Shown: one piece after another, positions 1 to 9,740 of the stretch
How the letters are laid out: each line of letters begins with the position of its first letter
Position numbering within the stretch: the first letter of the stretch is position 1
Source of the DNA: Candidatus Levyibacteriota bacterium
GTDB lineage: Bacteria > Patescibacteriota > Microgenomatia > Levybacterales > UBA12049
Assembly: GCA_016182185.1 (NCBI GenBank)
Contig: JACOXU010000001.1
Coordinates: forward strand, 274,915-338,914
Direction of reading: 5' to 3'
Length of the DNA stretch: 64,000 bases
The notes under the pieces: model-generated
What the model was told of the DNA's origin: nothing
What the model saw: the letters and a program-made list of their open reading frames with translations, nothing else
Database searches by the model: none
Translations under genes and position numbers: made by a program

Positions 1-1300
1 CCTTTGCATTGAAATAATTTTGCTGAACAAAATACTGATTTAAGTAATATAAAAAATTAAACATAAAAAATAAAAAACAAAAAGAGTATATAAAATATTT
101 TATTTGTATATTTGATATTTTATATTTGATATTTGATATTTTTTGTAAAGCAAAAAGAATTCCTATTGCTGTAAAAATTTGAAATGTTGGTAGAAAGTTA
201 AGTGTTCTGACAGCATGTGGTACTCCGCTTGTGACAGAAGCAGGAATCGGTGCTATTAAAAACCAGGCTAAAACTAAGAACTTTGTCTTTTTATCAAAAT
301 TTCCGAAAATTAAGCAGTATATTCCAATCAAAAGAAAAGGTAATTCAAAAAGATACAAAAGTCCCATATTGGGTGCATGATGCCTCGCAATATCACCTGT
401 GATAAAAAGCCAATTTAGATCAAAATGCGAAACATATCCAGAAACTACTGATTTAGCAAAAGCAATTCGTCTATTATCAAATAACAATCCTAACGTATCA
501 TTATTTTTTTGATCTTCTATTAGTTTTTTGGCATTCTCTTCAAGAAGATTGGTAGTTTCTGAAAAAACACTAACCCCCTTGGCTCTTCCCAGCGCGTTTT
601 TATCAGTTATCGTATAAGACACAATCGGAATCGAAATTAATAATCCAGCTATTGCTGCCAGGAAAATATATTTTTTGGGTATTGAAAAAAGTTCTTTTCT
701 AAAGATTATAATCATGGCCAAAAGTAGAATTGGGGCAAAAACTTTTTCGCTTTGATAAATGTATAGATTTATTGCCATAAAAAATGCCGAAAATACTAGA
801 AACCACGGTTTTTTGAGACCCTTAATAAAAAACAGCACTGAAAAAACATTGAAAGAAAGACCCACGTTTGACTCGAATGCAATTCTTGAAAACTGGATAT
901 GCCAAGGCGAAATAGCAAGCAAGAATGAAGATAAAAGTGCAATTTCTTCTTTTCTGAACAATTCTTTAATTAAAAAATATATTGCAAAAACTGTCATAAC
1001 TCCAAATACTGCAGAAGGAAAACGAACTGAAAAAACAGTCAGATCAAATATTGCAATTGAAGGAATAGTAAAGTAGGTGTAAAATGCAGGCTTATAGTCG
1101 TCAAAGGAACGTAAAATAACAGGAAATAGTTTTCCATATTCATCGCGCCCAGTTTGCATAATTGAGTATGCATTATACCCAAGAGCTACTTCATCCCAAT
1201 CTGGAGATATTGGAACCTCCCCAAGCTTCCAAAGTCTTAGAATTGTAGCTAGAGCTATTATTCCGATTAATAAAATTAAAATAACCTTTTTATTCATAAG
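1..1300 (-). CDS. ArnT/PMT-like (GT39/GT83-like) GT-C fold membrane glycosyltransferase, family A paralog; partial, C-terminus runs off window start
   Basis: Reverse-strand translation from ATG at 1300 is open through position 1: MNKKVILILLIGIIALATILRLWKLGEVPISPDWDEVALGYNAYSIMQTGRDEYGKLFPV...LLAISPWHIQFSRIAFE. It is collinear with the paralogs at 1316-2989, 2986-4650 and 4661-6331. It is absent from the ORF track because it has no stop inside the window. Confidence 0.65.
102..144. repeat. Heptanucleotide tandem repeat (ATTTGAT-like, about 6 units) inside the partial family A gene
   Basis: atttgta tatttga tatttta tatttga tatttga tattttt. It encodes ...QKISNIKYQISNIKY... on the minus strand. 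Confidence 0.7.
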
Positions 1301-1315
1301 TCATAAGGCTTACAC

Positions 1316-2989
1316 CTATCTTGTAAACGCCGCTAGAACAGGCTTACCATTCAACAAATAAAACGTTTTAAGCTGTTTAGATTTACTTGGAATTTTATCT
1401 GGCGTACTGATGAAAAGTATTTTTTTCTTATCATTATTTACCAAATCAAGTCTATCCATAAAACGGTATTTATCAAAGGAAAAAACATCAACAAAACCAT
1501 TTACATCTCTATTAATCTCTGCTGTTTCTCTAAACTTACTAGGATTGTAATTCGTGTAAAATAAGTAATATATGTACGGTCTTCCAAGTGAAGATATTAT
1601 TCTTACCTCATCATAGTTATCGTATTGCTGAGAAACGTAATGAATCGATTCCTTATATCCATACTGCCACTCACCAGAATAAATTCTTGGATAATGGACT
1701 ATATAATCACGGAAGAAATATAAAAAATTGAGAAATAATAGCGATAATAAGAGTAAAATTATAGCAATTCTATATTTTTTTACAAAACTTATTAAATTTA
1801 TAAAACCATAGGCAGTAATAATCTGAAAAGTTGGTAACGTCGCTTCAATTCGCAGAGCATGAGGAGTTTCCCGAGCCGTTCCTGCCGGAATTATTCCTAA
1901 AATCAGCCACAATGGAATAATCCACCAAAATCCTTCCTTTTTTTTTATCAGTAAAAATATTCCAGAAATTAAAAAGACTAAATCCCATAGATACATTTGA
2001 CCTACTGTTTGTGTGGAAAACTTGGGATTGCCATCGCCTTTTATGAAAAGAAAGTTAGGGTTTAAATTGTCAAAATAATGCTTAAGATATGAAACACCAT
2101 ATGCTAAGCGGCGATTATGAAGAATTTTTGACCAAAAGGAATTGTTGTCGTTTGCTATTTCTTGGTTTGTATTGGTAATAATTCCAATATCTGAGAAGAT
2201 GTTTACTTCCCTGAACCTAAGACTTGCTTGAGGAGAAAGTAAAAAATTGACTGATGGGATTATTAATAAAATGCCAAGAATAACTGCAAAAATAACTTGC
2301 TTCTTAATCTTGAATAACTCCTTTCGAAAACCTATTGCCAATGCCAAAATTAAAAGCGGGGAAACAATTCGTGCAGTGTTGAAAGTGTATAAAGAAATTG
2401 CAAGCGAGATTATTGAAAGGATAATAAACCATCTGCTTCCTTTAACCGCCCAGAGAAAAAAGATTACTCCCGCAATGATAAAAAACGTTGCGACATTTGC
2501 TTCAAAGGCGGCGCGGGAAAGCATAATATGCCAAGGACTGATTGCCAGAATTAAAGCTGAAAACAAAGCATATAACTCAGTATTTAGTATTTTGTATTTA
2601 GTATTTTGTATTTGTTTAGGATTTAAGATTTCGGATTCAGAATTTGTTTTGAATAGCGTTTTTACTAAAAAGTATGTCATCAATACAGTCAAAACTCCGA
2701 AAAAGGCAGATGGAAAGCGAACACTAAATTCCGAAAGACCAAAAATTTTCACAGGAATTATAGCAAGATATGCATAAACCGGAGGTTTAAAATCGCCAAA
2801 TGACTCCAGATAATCCAAGGGCAAAAATCTTCCGAATTCATCTCGGGCTTCTTTGCCCAGCGAATAAGCATTATATCCCCACGCTGCCTCATCCCAGGTT
2901 AGAGATGGCGGGTTCTGTCCCAGCTGATAAAACCGTAAAAAAGAAGCAATTAATAATATAAAAAATAGAAATATGTAAATTTTTTTCAT
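1316..2989 (-). CDS. ArnT/PMT-like (GT39/GT83-like) GT-C membrane glycosyltransferase, family A paralog
   Basis: 557 aa, multi-TM. The N-terminal loop carries the conserved D-E (WDEAAWGYNAYS) and ISPWH motifs typical of 4-amino-arabinose/dolichyl-P-mannose protein mannosyltransferase-like enzymes. Confidence 0.7.
   Translation of the reverse strand: MKKIYIFLFFILLIASFLRFYQLGQNPPSLTWDEAAWGYNAYSLGKEARDEFGRFLPLDYLESFGDFKPPVYAYLAIIPVKIFGLSEFSVRFPSAFFGVLTVLMTYFLVKTLFKTNSESEILNPKQIQNTKYKILNTELYALFSALILAISPWHIMLSRAAFEANVATFFIIAGVIFFLWAVKGSRWFIILSIISLAISLYTFNTARIVSPLLILALAIGFRKELFKIKKQVIFAVILGILLIIPSVNFLLSPQASLRFREVNIFSDIGIITNTNQEIANDNNSFWSKILHNRRLAYGVSYLKHYFDNLNPNFLFIKGDGNPKFSTQTVGQMYLWDLVFLISGIFLLIKKKEGFWWIIPLWLILGIIPAGTARETPHALRIEATLPTFQIITAYGFINLISFVKKYRIAIILLLLSLLFLNFLYFFRDYIVHYPRIYSGEWQYGYKESIHYVSQQYDNYDEVRIISSLGRPYIYYLFYTNYNPSKFRETAEINRDVNGFVDVFSFDKYRFMDRLDLVNNDKKKILFISTPDKIPSKSKQLKTFYLLNGKPVLAAFTR
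2581..2615. repeat. Heptanucleotide tandem repeat (TATTTAG/TATTTTG, 5 units) inside the family A gene 1316-2989
   Basis: tatttag tattttg tatttag tattttg tatttgt. It encodes QIQNTKYKILNTE in the loop before the ISPWH motif. Confidence 0.7.
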
Positions 2990-4650
2990 GATATAAGTTT
3001 TACAATATAATAAACAGATTTTGAATAAACTCCGTCAATCTTTTTCAAAACTTCAAACTTGTATTGTCTTTTTTCAGATTGAATTAAATTATTTTGAGAA
3101 TTAAAATCCTCAGAAGACAAAATAAATATTGTATTTCCCTTTATATATGATGACAAATCTGAAGTTGCAAAATTTATTCCCTCTCCCCTATCCCACTGTG
3201 AAATGCCAAAATGAATATTTTCAAATCCATCAATACTTCCACTTTTCTGGTATAAAGATGGCTGGTATTTAAGATAAAACAGCATATAAATATAAGGGCG
3301 CCAAAAGTAGCCTGTCACATAAATGTTATCGTACTTACTTTTATTTTCTTTTACAAACTGTGCCATTTGTTTATGCCCGTCGCCCCAAACTAGAGATGTA
3401 TGATATGGCTGATAATCAAAGTAAAGAACCAGAAAACGGATGAAAAAGAAGATAAAAACAATTACAAATAGGCTCAAATAAAATTTAAAAAATCTATTTT
3501 TTTTCAAAATATTATATAAATAATAAATTCCCATTGCTGAAAACAGAACTACGACAGGAACGTTAGGCAAAGTTCTGAATGGATTAGGCTGCTGCGTTGT
3601 AAGCCCTCCTACGATTGGGACTGCGAAAAACCAAGCAATAAAAATCCATTTCCATTTTTCTTTTATTCTAAATAAGAAATAGATTCCCAGAAGCACAAGG
3701 GGAGCTTCCCAAAGATACATAAGACCCATGGGTCCTGTACCAGTGGCAAAATAAAAATCCGGAGCCAAATTCTTAAGATAATTTTCTGAAAATTGCTGGA
3801 GATAGGCAATGCGCCTGTTATATATAATCTTTGAAAGTAAAGAATTATTATTTCTTAAAATTGCCTGTGAGTATGGATTAGTATAACTTTTATCCTCAAG
3901 AATGCTGACTGTATTTACTCTCGTTAAACCAACAGGATTAAGAATATTGAAAAGAATAGGAATAGAAAATATAACTCCCAGAATAATACCTGCTGTCACC
4001 CATTTCTTAATTTTTAAAAATCTGTCTTTATAGATAAGAAAGAAAACCAAAAAAACAATTGGGATTAAAATTCTTGAAGTATAGTAAAAATAAAACGAAA
4101 TAACTGCTGACATTACAGAAGCTATAAAGAAAGATGGATTTTTAAATGTTTTAACAAGAAGCAAAATTGAAAGTACAATAAAAAAGAGGCTTCCATTTGT
4201 TTCAAATGCTGCTCTTGAAAAATTAATATGCCAGGGAGATATAGCCAGAAGTAGAGCCGCTACTTCTGGAATTTCTAATTTCCAATTTTTAATTTCTAAT
4301 TTAAGGTTTGTATTACGAAATAATTCTTTGAGTAGAAAATAAAAAGCGATAATCGTGAGAACTCCAAGAAAGGCGGAGGGAAACCGAACACCAAATTCAT
4401 TAAGGCCGAATATTTTCTCGGAAATCGCAACTGAATAAATCATTCCTGGAAGCTTTGAATCATCAAAAGAACGAAAGAAAATCGGCCAAGGATTGCCGTA
4501 TTCATCTTTTCCCGTAGTCAATATTGAGTAGGCATTATAACCTATGGCAGCCTCATCATGTGAAACACCGGGAGGAATCTGACCTAAATCCCAAAACCGC
4601 AAAATAATACCTATAAAAATAATAACAGTCAGAAATATATATTTTTTCAT
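2986..4650 (-). CDS. ArnT/PMT-like GT-C membrane glycosyltransferase, family A paralog
   Basis: 554 aa with HDEAAIGYNAYS and ISPWH motifs. It overlaps its neighbour by 4 nt, consistent with translational coupling. Confidence 0.7.
   Translation of the reverse strand: MKKYIFLTVIIFIGIILRFWDLGQIPPGVSHDEAAIGYNAYSILTTGKDEYGNPWPIFFRSFDDSKLPGMIYSVAISEKIFGLNEFGVRFPSAFLGVLTIIAFYFLLKELFRNTNLKLEIKNWKLEIPEVAALLLAISPWHINFSRAAFETNGSLFFIVLSILLLVKTFKNPSFFIASVMSAVISFYFYYTSRILIPIVFLVFFLIYKDRFLKIKKWVTAGIILGVIFSIPILFNILNPVGLTRVNTVSILEDKSYTNPYSQAILRNNNSLLSKIIYNRRIAYLQQFSENYLKNLAPDFYFATGTGPMGLMYLWEAPLVLLGIYFLFRIKEKWKWIFIAWFFAVPIVGGLTTQQPNPFRTLPNVPVVVLFSAMGIYYLYNILKKNRFFKFYLSLFVIVFIFFFIRFLVLYFDYQPYHTSLVWGDGHKQMAQFVKENKSKYDNIYVTGYFWRPYIYMLFYLKYQPSLYQKSGSIDGFENIHFGISQWDRGEGINFATSDLSSYIKGNTIFILSSEDFNSQNNLIQSEKRQYKFEVLKKIDGVYSKSVYYIVKLIS
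4271..4305. repeat. Heptanucleotide tandem repeat (ATTTCTA-like, 5 units) inside the family A gene 2986-4650
   Basis: atttcta atttcca attttta atttcta atttaag. It encodes LKLEIKNWKLEI in the same loop position as the tract in the neighbouring paralog. Confidence 0.7.
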
Positions 4651-4660
4651 AAGCTTTCCT

Positions 4661-6331
4661 CTATTTTACCTTAAGAACCGAAAAAACATCTGAATTGTCA
4701 CCCCTTTTAATTTTTTTAAGTAATTTGAAACTATCTATATCTTTGCAAAGGAAACTGTTTACGTATAGAACATTTGTTTCTCCAACAAGAACCTTGCTAT
4801 CATTTTTCTTTTCTATTCTCAAAGGACATTCGTCTTGAGAGAAAACGTATTTTCCAAATCCAATTCTATCAAAATCATTAATCTTGGGGTTTCTTGTTTC
4901 CTCTTGAAAGGCAATAGGATCGTATTTGCTGTAAAACAAGAAAAAAATAGCCGGAGCTGATTCTCTGTCCGTAATTACTGCCCTTTTGTAGGTAGGTAAA
5001 AGATTATTTACGACAGCAACTAGCTCCTTATACCCATCTTGCCTATACCATGGTCTATAGTGACTAAGATGGACATAATACTGATGTAAATAGCTCAGAA
5101 GCCCAAAAAGAAAAAATATAAAAATAATCACTATTAAAAAAAGCGAAAAAAATGTTTGCTTTTTAAGTAATGAGTATAGAGAAAAAAATCCATAAGCACT
5201 TATAATTGAAAGAGCGGGAAAGAAAATTAAGGTTCTTTGTACATTGGGAACATCATCCGAAGTAAGCGCGCTTCCAACAGGAACAAGAAAAATCCATCCA
5301 AGCAAAAAGACACCCTTTCTAAAATTGTTTTTAAGAAGCATCCATATTCCGAATAGTAAAAACGGCAATTCTATTAAATAGATTGGACTTATCTGAGGAA
5401 CTCTATACCTATCAGGGAGGCCTTGGTCTTCGAAAAGAAAGTCAAAGGAAAAGTGAGCGAAATAATTTTGGAAAAATTGAGAGGTATAACCTATAACTTT
5501 ATTATGAAAAGTACGAGAAAGAAATATCGGAACATTCGAAACACCATCTTCTCTGATCTGCTGATTTACTTCAAGTTGTGTTTGACTGCTTGAAAAAATA
5601 CTTACAGTTTTTATTCGTAAAGTCAAACTATCTGAAGAAAGAATCAGAAAAACCGGAATAATTATAGTTAATATAAACAGAAAAATTGAAGTTTTGAATC
5701 TCTTAAGCTCTAATTTGGACCAAAATGAAATAATAAATAATAATGGTATGAAAAAAGGAAGAAAAGCTCTAGGCGCCTGGTAAAAAAAGAGCGTTAGGCT
5801 GAAAATTAAAAAGGAGGCTATTAATAAAATTAAATTCTTTTTTCTGACCCATAAAAAAAATAAAAGTGTTGTAACTGAAATCAAAAAAACAACAATTGTA
5901 TTTTCTGTCGCAGTTCTTGCCAGATTTATATTCCAGGGAGAAACTGCAATAAATAAAGAGGCAAGGAGTCCAATTTCGGATTTGTGTTTTTTCTCTCGAA
6001 AAATTTCCATCGTAAGGAAATAAGTTATCAAAATAGTCAGACTTCCAAAAAGAGCAGAGGCAAAACGCACAGAAAAAACCGATAATCCAAATAAATATAT
6101 AAATGGAATTGACAAGTAAGAATATCCCGCAGGGCTATATAGAAATGATTTGAGATGTAAAGGTAGAAAATTTCCCGTAATATCTTTACCCGTTAAAAGA
6201 ATTGAGTAGGCATTATAGCCTAGAAATGCTTCATCCCTATGAAGTCCAACAGGAATTTCTCCAAGCCTATAAAGCCTCAGCACTAATCCCAGAATGAAGA
6301 TTAAAACTAGAAAGAAAATATATTTTTTCAA
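4661..6331 (-). CDS. ArnT/PMT-like GT-C membrane glycosyltransferase, family A paralog
   Basis: 556 aa with RDEAFLGYNAYS and VSPWNI motifs and the same multi-TM architecture. Confidence 0.7.
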   Translation of the reverse strand: MKKYIFFLVLIFILGLVLRLYRLGEIPVGLHRDEAFLGYNAYSILLTGKDITGNFLPLHLKSFLYSPAGYSYLSIPFIYLFGLSVFSVRFASALFGSLTILITYFLTMEIFREKKHKSEIGLLASLFIAVSPWNINLARTATENTIVVFLISVTTLLFFLWVRKKNLILLIASFLIFSLTLFFYQAPRAFLPFFIPLLFIISFWSKLELKRFKTSIFLFILTIIIPVFLILSSDSLTLRIKTVSIFSSSQTQLEVNQQIREDGVSNVPIFLSRTFHNKVIGYTSQFFQNYFAHFSFDFLFEDQGLPDRYRVPQISPIYLIELPFLLFGIWMLLKNNFRKGVFLLGWIFLVPVGSALTSDDVPNVQRTLIFFPALSIISAYGFFSLYSLLKKQTFFSLFLIVIIFIFFLFGLLSYLHQYYVHLSHYRPWYRQDGYKELVAVVNNLLPTYKRAVITDRESAPAIFFLFYSKYDPIAFQEETRNPKINDFDRIGFGKYVFSQDECPLRIEKKNDSKVLVGETNVLYVNSFLCKDIDSFKLLKKIKRGDNSDVFSVLKVK

Positions 6332-7965
6332 ATTTTTTGGATATACGTATTTATTCTTTCTCTAAATATAAATATTAAACCTACTATTACTATTCCTATT
6401 AAACTGACATAATCTGCAAAGAGTCTTATTGGAGATTCTCCGAATTCAACTTTTACAAAGTGGTGTCCTCTTGGAACATTGAAAGTAATTAATCCTCTAT
6501 AATTAATATCTTGAAATTCAATGGGCACTTTTTTATTATCTACAAAAACTCTCCATCCCGGAAAATATACGGTACTATCAAGAATTTCAAGATTTTTTTC
6601 CGCTTGAACCTCAAAACTATGAAAATTGGATTTTCTGAATACATTATAAACTCTTCCTTTGCCTGATACTATCGTAATTGGAGCCTTTGGGTATGATGAT
6701 GCGTCTCCTGCAACCCAAATTGTTGTTGCCTCACTGTGATATGCAGCAGTGCCTGGGTAATTAAAATAATAACTATCAAGCCTGTCTTGATATGCAGCTA
6801 CCTTTGCCATGGGAATAGACAGGATAAATAAGAAAAGCAAAACAGTGAGTATTAATATTTTATTTTTAACTTTGGTAAAAAAGTAACCAGTAAGAACAGC
6901 AGTTGCAAAACTTGATATAGCAGTGAAACGCCAGGGAAACTGAAATTGCTGCAGGGTATGAATGTTTTTCCACAAAAATTCTGATAGCGGAGTCGAAAGA
7001 AATATAGCAAGTGATAAAATAACAAACCAGTATCCTACATGCAATTTATCTTTTATTTTTTTTCTGAGAAATAGTAAAAAGACTAATACTGAAAAAATCA
7101 TATGCAAAGGCCCTATTTGAGCAGATAAACCTCCTTGTGTATTAATATTACTTCCGAACCCCCAGCTTGAGTAGATTAATCCCTCAAATTTCAAAAAATG
7201 TTCTTTATACCACTCGCCAATCAGTAGTTTGCTGTTTATATATTTTGCCTCTATCAATGCAGGCAGCCAGAAATAAACTGTGATTATTAATCCGATTAAT
7301 AAGATGCTTGTATTCGCAAGTATTAACTTTTTATCTCTTAAGCTTTTAACTACAATGTATCCAAAAATAATAATTGAAAAAGAAAAGCTTAAAATATTAT
7401 GAGAAAGAATCAAAAATGCGTAAGATAATCCACCAATTAGAATATTGCCAACTGAAATTTTATGGCCGTTTTTTTCGATCGCGTATAGTATAAGAGGTGG
7501 AAAGATAAAAGCCAATGATTCTGCCAAATGTCCTCTGACAAATACGTCTAAAAAACTATATGGAGCAAGTCCATAAAATAAAGAAGAAACCAGAGCTGCC
7601 CACTCTTTAAAAATTTGCTTTGCCCATAGATAAAAGGACAAAGGTGCCAAAATAAATGTTGCTCCCATTAATATTTTATAACTGTCTTGCAGATTAAATC
7701 CGAAAAAGTGAATAATACCTGTGATGTAATTACTTAAAGAATAAAAAAATATCAGTCCGGGGTTCCCATAACCATAATTCAAACCTCCTGCCCATCGCGC
7801 GGGAAACTGTCCATCTGATACAGCTTTTATACTCGCGGCAATTCTGGCAATTTGAGGAATACCATCATGAGATGTATACAATCCAGGTTGCATAATTGGT
7901 AAAAGATACAAGGAGGAAACGATAATGATAAAAAAAGGAAATAACCAAATTGATAATTTTTTCAT
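6328..7965 (-). CDS. Uncharacterized polytopic membrane protein, family B (GT-C-like, 'HDG...DGQFP-RW' family)
   Basis: 545 aa with an N-terminal TM and the loop TSHDGIPQIARIAASIKAVSDGQFPARWAGGLNYGYGNPGLIFFY, then 10 or more TM segments. Paralogs lie at 25726, 27456 and 33108. Confidence 0.55.
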   Translation of the reverse strand: MKKLSIWLFPFFIIIVSSLYLLPIMQPGLYTSHDGIPQIARIAASIKAVSDGQFPARWAGGLNYGYGNPGLIFFYSLSNYITGIIHFFGFNLQDSYKILMGATFILAPLSFYLWAKQIFKEWAALVSSLFYGLAPYSFLDVFVRGHLAESLAFIFPPLILYAIEKNGHKISVGNILIGGLSYAFLILSHNILSFSFSIIIFGYIVVKSLRDKKLILANTSILLIGLIITVYFWLPALIEAKYINSKLLIGEWYKEHFLKFEGLIYSSWGFGSNINTQGGLSAQIGPLHMIFSVLVFLLFLRKKIKDKLHVGYWFVILSLAIFLSTPLSEFLWKNIHTLQQFQFPWRFTAISSFATAVLTGYFFTKVKNKILILTVLLFLFILSIPMAKVAAYQDRLDSYYFNYPGTAAYHSEATTIWVAGDASSYPKAPITIVSGKGRVYNVFRKSNFHSFEVQAEKNLEILDSTVYFPGWRVFVDNKKVPIEFQDINYRGLITFNVPRGHHFVKVEFGESPIRLFADYVSLIGIVIVGLIFIFRERINTYIQKI

Positions 7966-8036
7966 TTACAAATGCCAGCAACTTTGAATTTAGGATTATT
8001 ATAACCCATCATAAGATACTTATGCTTTCTAAATAG

Positions 8037-9740
8037 TTATTTTATGTAGTTTTTTTGAAGCAAAATTTTTACAACCTGATCGACGCTATCTTTGCGAATG
8101 TACAGTATGTCTGCTAAATTACCGGGATATAACCGATCAGGAAAAAAATAAATTAAATCACCTCTCTTTTTAACATCGGACAACTTTATATAATTCTGGT
8201 TTAAAAAATCTAGAAAAAAATCACTATATGTATAAGCTTTGTACGTAATGTAGGTAAAATCTTTATCAAATAATATTACTTTTGGCATATTCGTATTAAA
8301 ATCCGAAAGCATCTCGTTTCTCATTTTTTCAGACAAACCAATTCCTCTTATTAGGATATGGTATTTGGACGGGATTTTACGATTAAGATGAAATAATTCT
8401 TCGAATTCAAAAGGCCCTATCCAGGCATAATCGTCTTTGTCTGTAACCGTCTCAATAAGAGGTGTAAATCTAGGTCGATCGTAAATAAGAGGCATTTTAC
8501 CCATATATTTGGGAAACACTTTTTCATTAAATTTTCTAACTATAAATAATAAGGAAAAAACAAAATAGAATGAGGTCAGTAAGAGTAAAACAGAAAATAT
8601 GATTTTCTTACTTAAATCATTAATTTTATTAATATCCAAATACAAATTTGGCAGTACGAAAAAAATATTTAAAAATGAAAGATAAATGTATACTGCGGAC
8701 TGATAATCTGTTTCTCTTGAGGTAAGAGGATTGCTTCTGACATTTGAATAAACAAGGATCAAAAGAATAAGGATCGTCAATTTGTATTGTTTTTTAAAAA
8801 TTAAATAAAGTAGCAGTACTGTATTGCCGACTGCCATAGTCACATTCAAAGGATTACCAAAATTAAATTGATTAAACCCGGCAAGCAACGCATGAAAATT
8901 ATTGTAAAAATCATTAAATATTAATATTGCGTAACGAACTGGATTGATATTGCTTGAAATATCCCGTGGATAATTGTAGATATAATATCTTACATTAAAG
9001 GTGAAGTTTTGAAAATAATAATCCCCGAAACTTTTCGTTAATATCAGGTAAAAAATAAATAAAGCATGAGGAATTGCAAAAATAAGAATTGGCAATATAA
9101 ATTTTTTTGAAATCATAAATTTTATAGATTTAATTTGTTGTTGATAAACCAGATACATAACCGCTGGAAAGATTATCAAATATAAATAAGTATAAGTAAG
9201 AGAAGAGTAAAGTCCTATTGCGAAGAGAGAAGCAATAATTATAATATCTGCGGTGCTCAGTAATTTTTTATAAAAAACCTTAAAGACGATGAGGATATAA
9301 ACAGGCAAATAAACAAAAGCCGCAATATTATCTGCCAATAGCATATGGCTCCAATAATATGTAGCCAAAAAACCGATAAAAATTATAAAAAGTAAATAAA
9401 TTTTTCTTATTTGTTCTCCTAAAGATTTTCGAAGAAGATAATATGTAAAAATAAACCATCCTATCAGGAAAAGAGAGTATAGGATCCGAAATCTCACAAA
9501 TGACTGACCTGAGAAAATTTCAACAAGTGCCGCTATAAAATAGGGTATTGGACCGTGATGAGTAAAGAAACCTGTAAATGGAAGTTTTCCTTGCAGTATA
9601 AACCAGCCGCCAAGAATATTGTCAAATTCGTCCGGATAGCTTTCGTGAAAGGTATTCGCTAAAAACAAAAAAATTATAAAAACTCCAAAAAGTGCCTGCT
9701 GGAAAAAATTTCTATTCAATAATTTAATAATTCTTTTCAT
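8037..9740 (-). CDS. Polytopic integral membrane protein (possible GT-C-like glycosyltransferase)
   Basis: 567 aa, highly hydrophobic, embedded in the glycosylation operon. No recognisable catalytic motif. Confidence 0.4.
   Translation of the reverse strand: MKRIIKLLNRNFFQQALFGVFIIFLFLANTFHESYPDEFDNILGGWFILQGKLPFTGFFTHHGPIPYFIAALVEIFSGQSFVRFRILYSLFLIGWFIFTYYLLRKSLGEQIRKIYLLFIIFIGFLATYYWSHMLLADNIAAFVYLPVYILIVFKVFYKKLLSTADIIIIASLFAIGLYSSLTYTYLYLIIFPAVMYLVYQQQIKSIKFMISKKFILPILIFAIPHALFIFYLILTKSFGDYYFQNFTFNVRYYIYNYPRDISSNINPVRYAILIFNDFYNNFHALLAGFNQFNFGNPLNVTMAVGNTVLLLYLIFKKQYKLTILILLILVYSNVRSNPLTSRETDYQSAVYIYLSFLNIFFVLPNLYLDINKINDLSKKIIFSVLLLLTSFYFVFSLLFIVRKFNEKVFPKYMGKMPLIYDRPRFTPLIETVTDKDDYAWIGPFEFEELFHLNRKIPSKYHILIRGIGLSEKMRNEMLSDFNTNMPKVILFDKDFTYITYKAYTYSDFFLDFLNQNYIKLSDVKKRGDLIYFFPDRLYPGNLADILYIRKDSVDQVVKILLQKNYIK

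Noticed and set aside
759-1076. 105-aa plus-strand ORF
   Set aside because: It lies antisense inside the open minus-strand family A gene (1-1300), which has clear paralog support. It has an AT-rich, low-complexity translation and no motif.
2247-2777. 176-aa plus-strand ORF, and similar plus-strand ORFs at 10021, 11288, 11314, 14514, 14603, 15036, 15178, 16684, 18072, 19046, 19515, 20747, 21418, 21668, 21886, 22560, 23278, 23883, 26595, 27349 and 29064
   Set aside because: All lie antisense within well-supported minus-strand membrane or GT genes. In AT-rich DNA such antisense ORFs are frequent and none has a recognisable domain.
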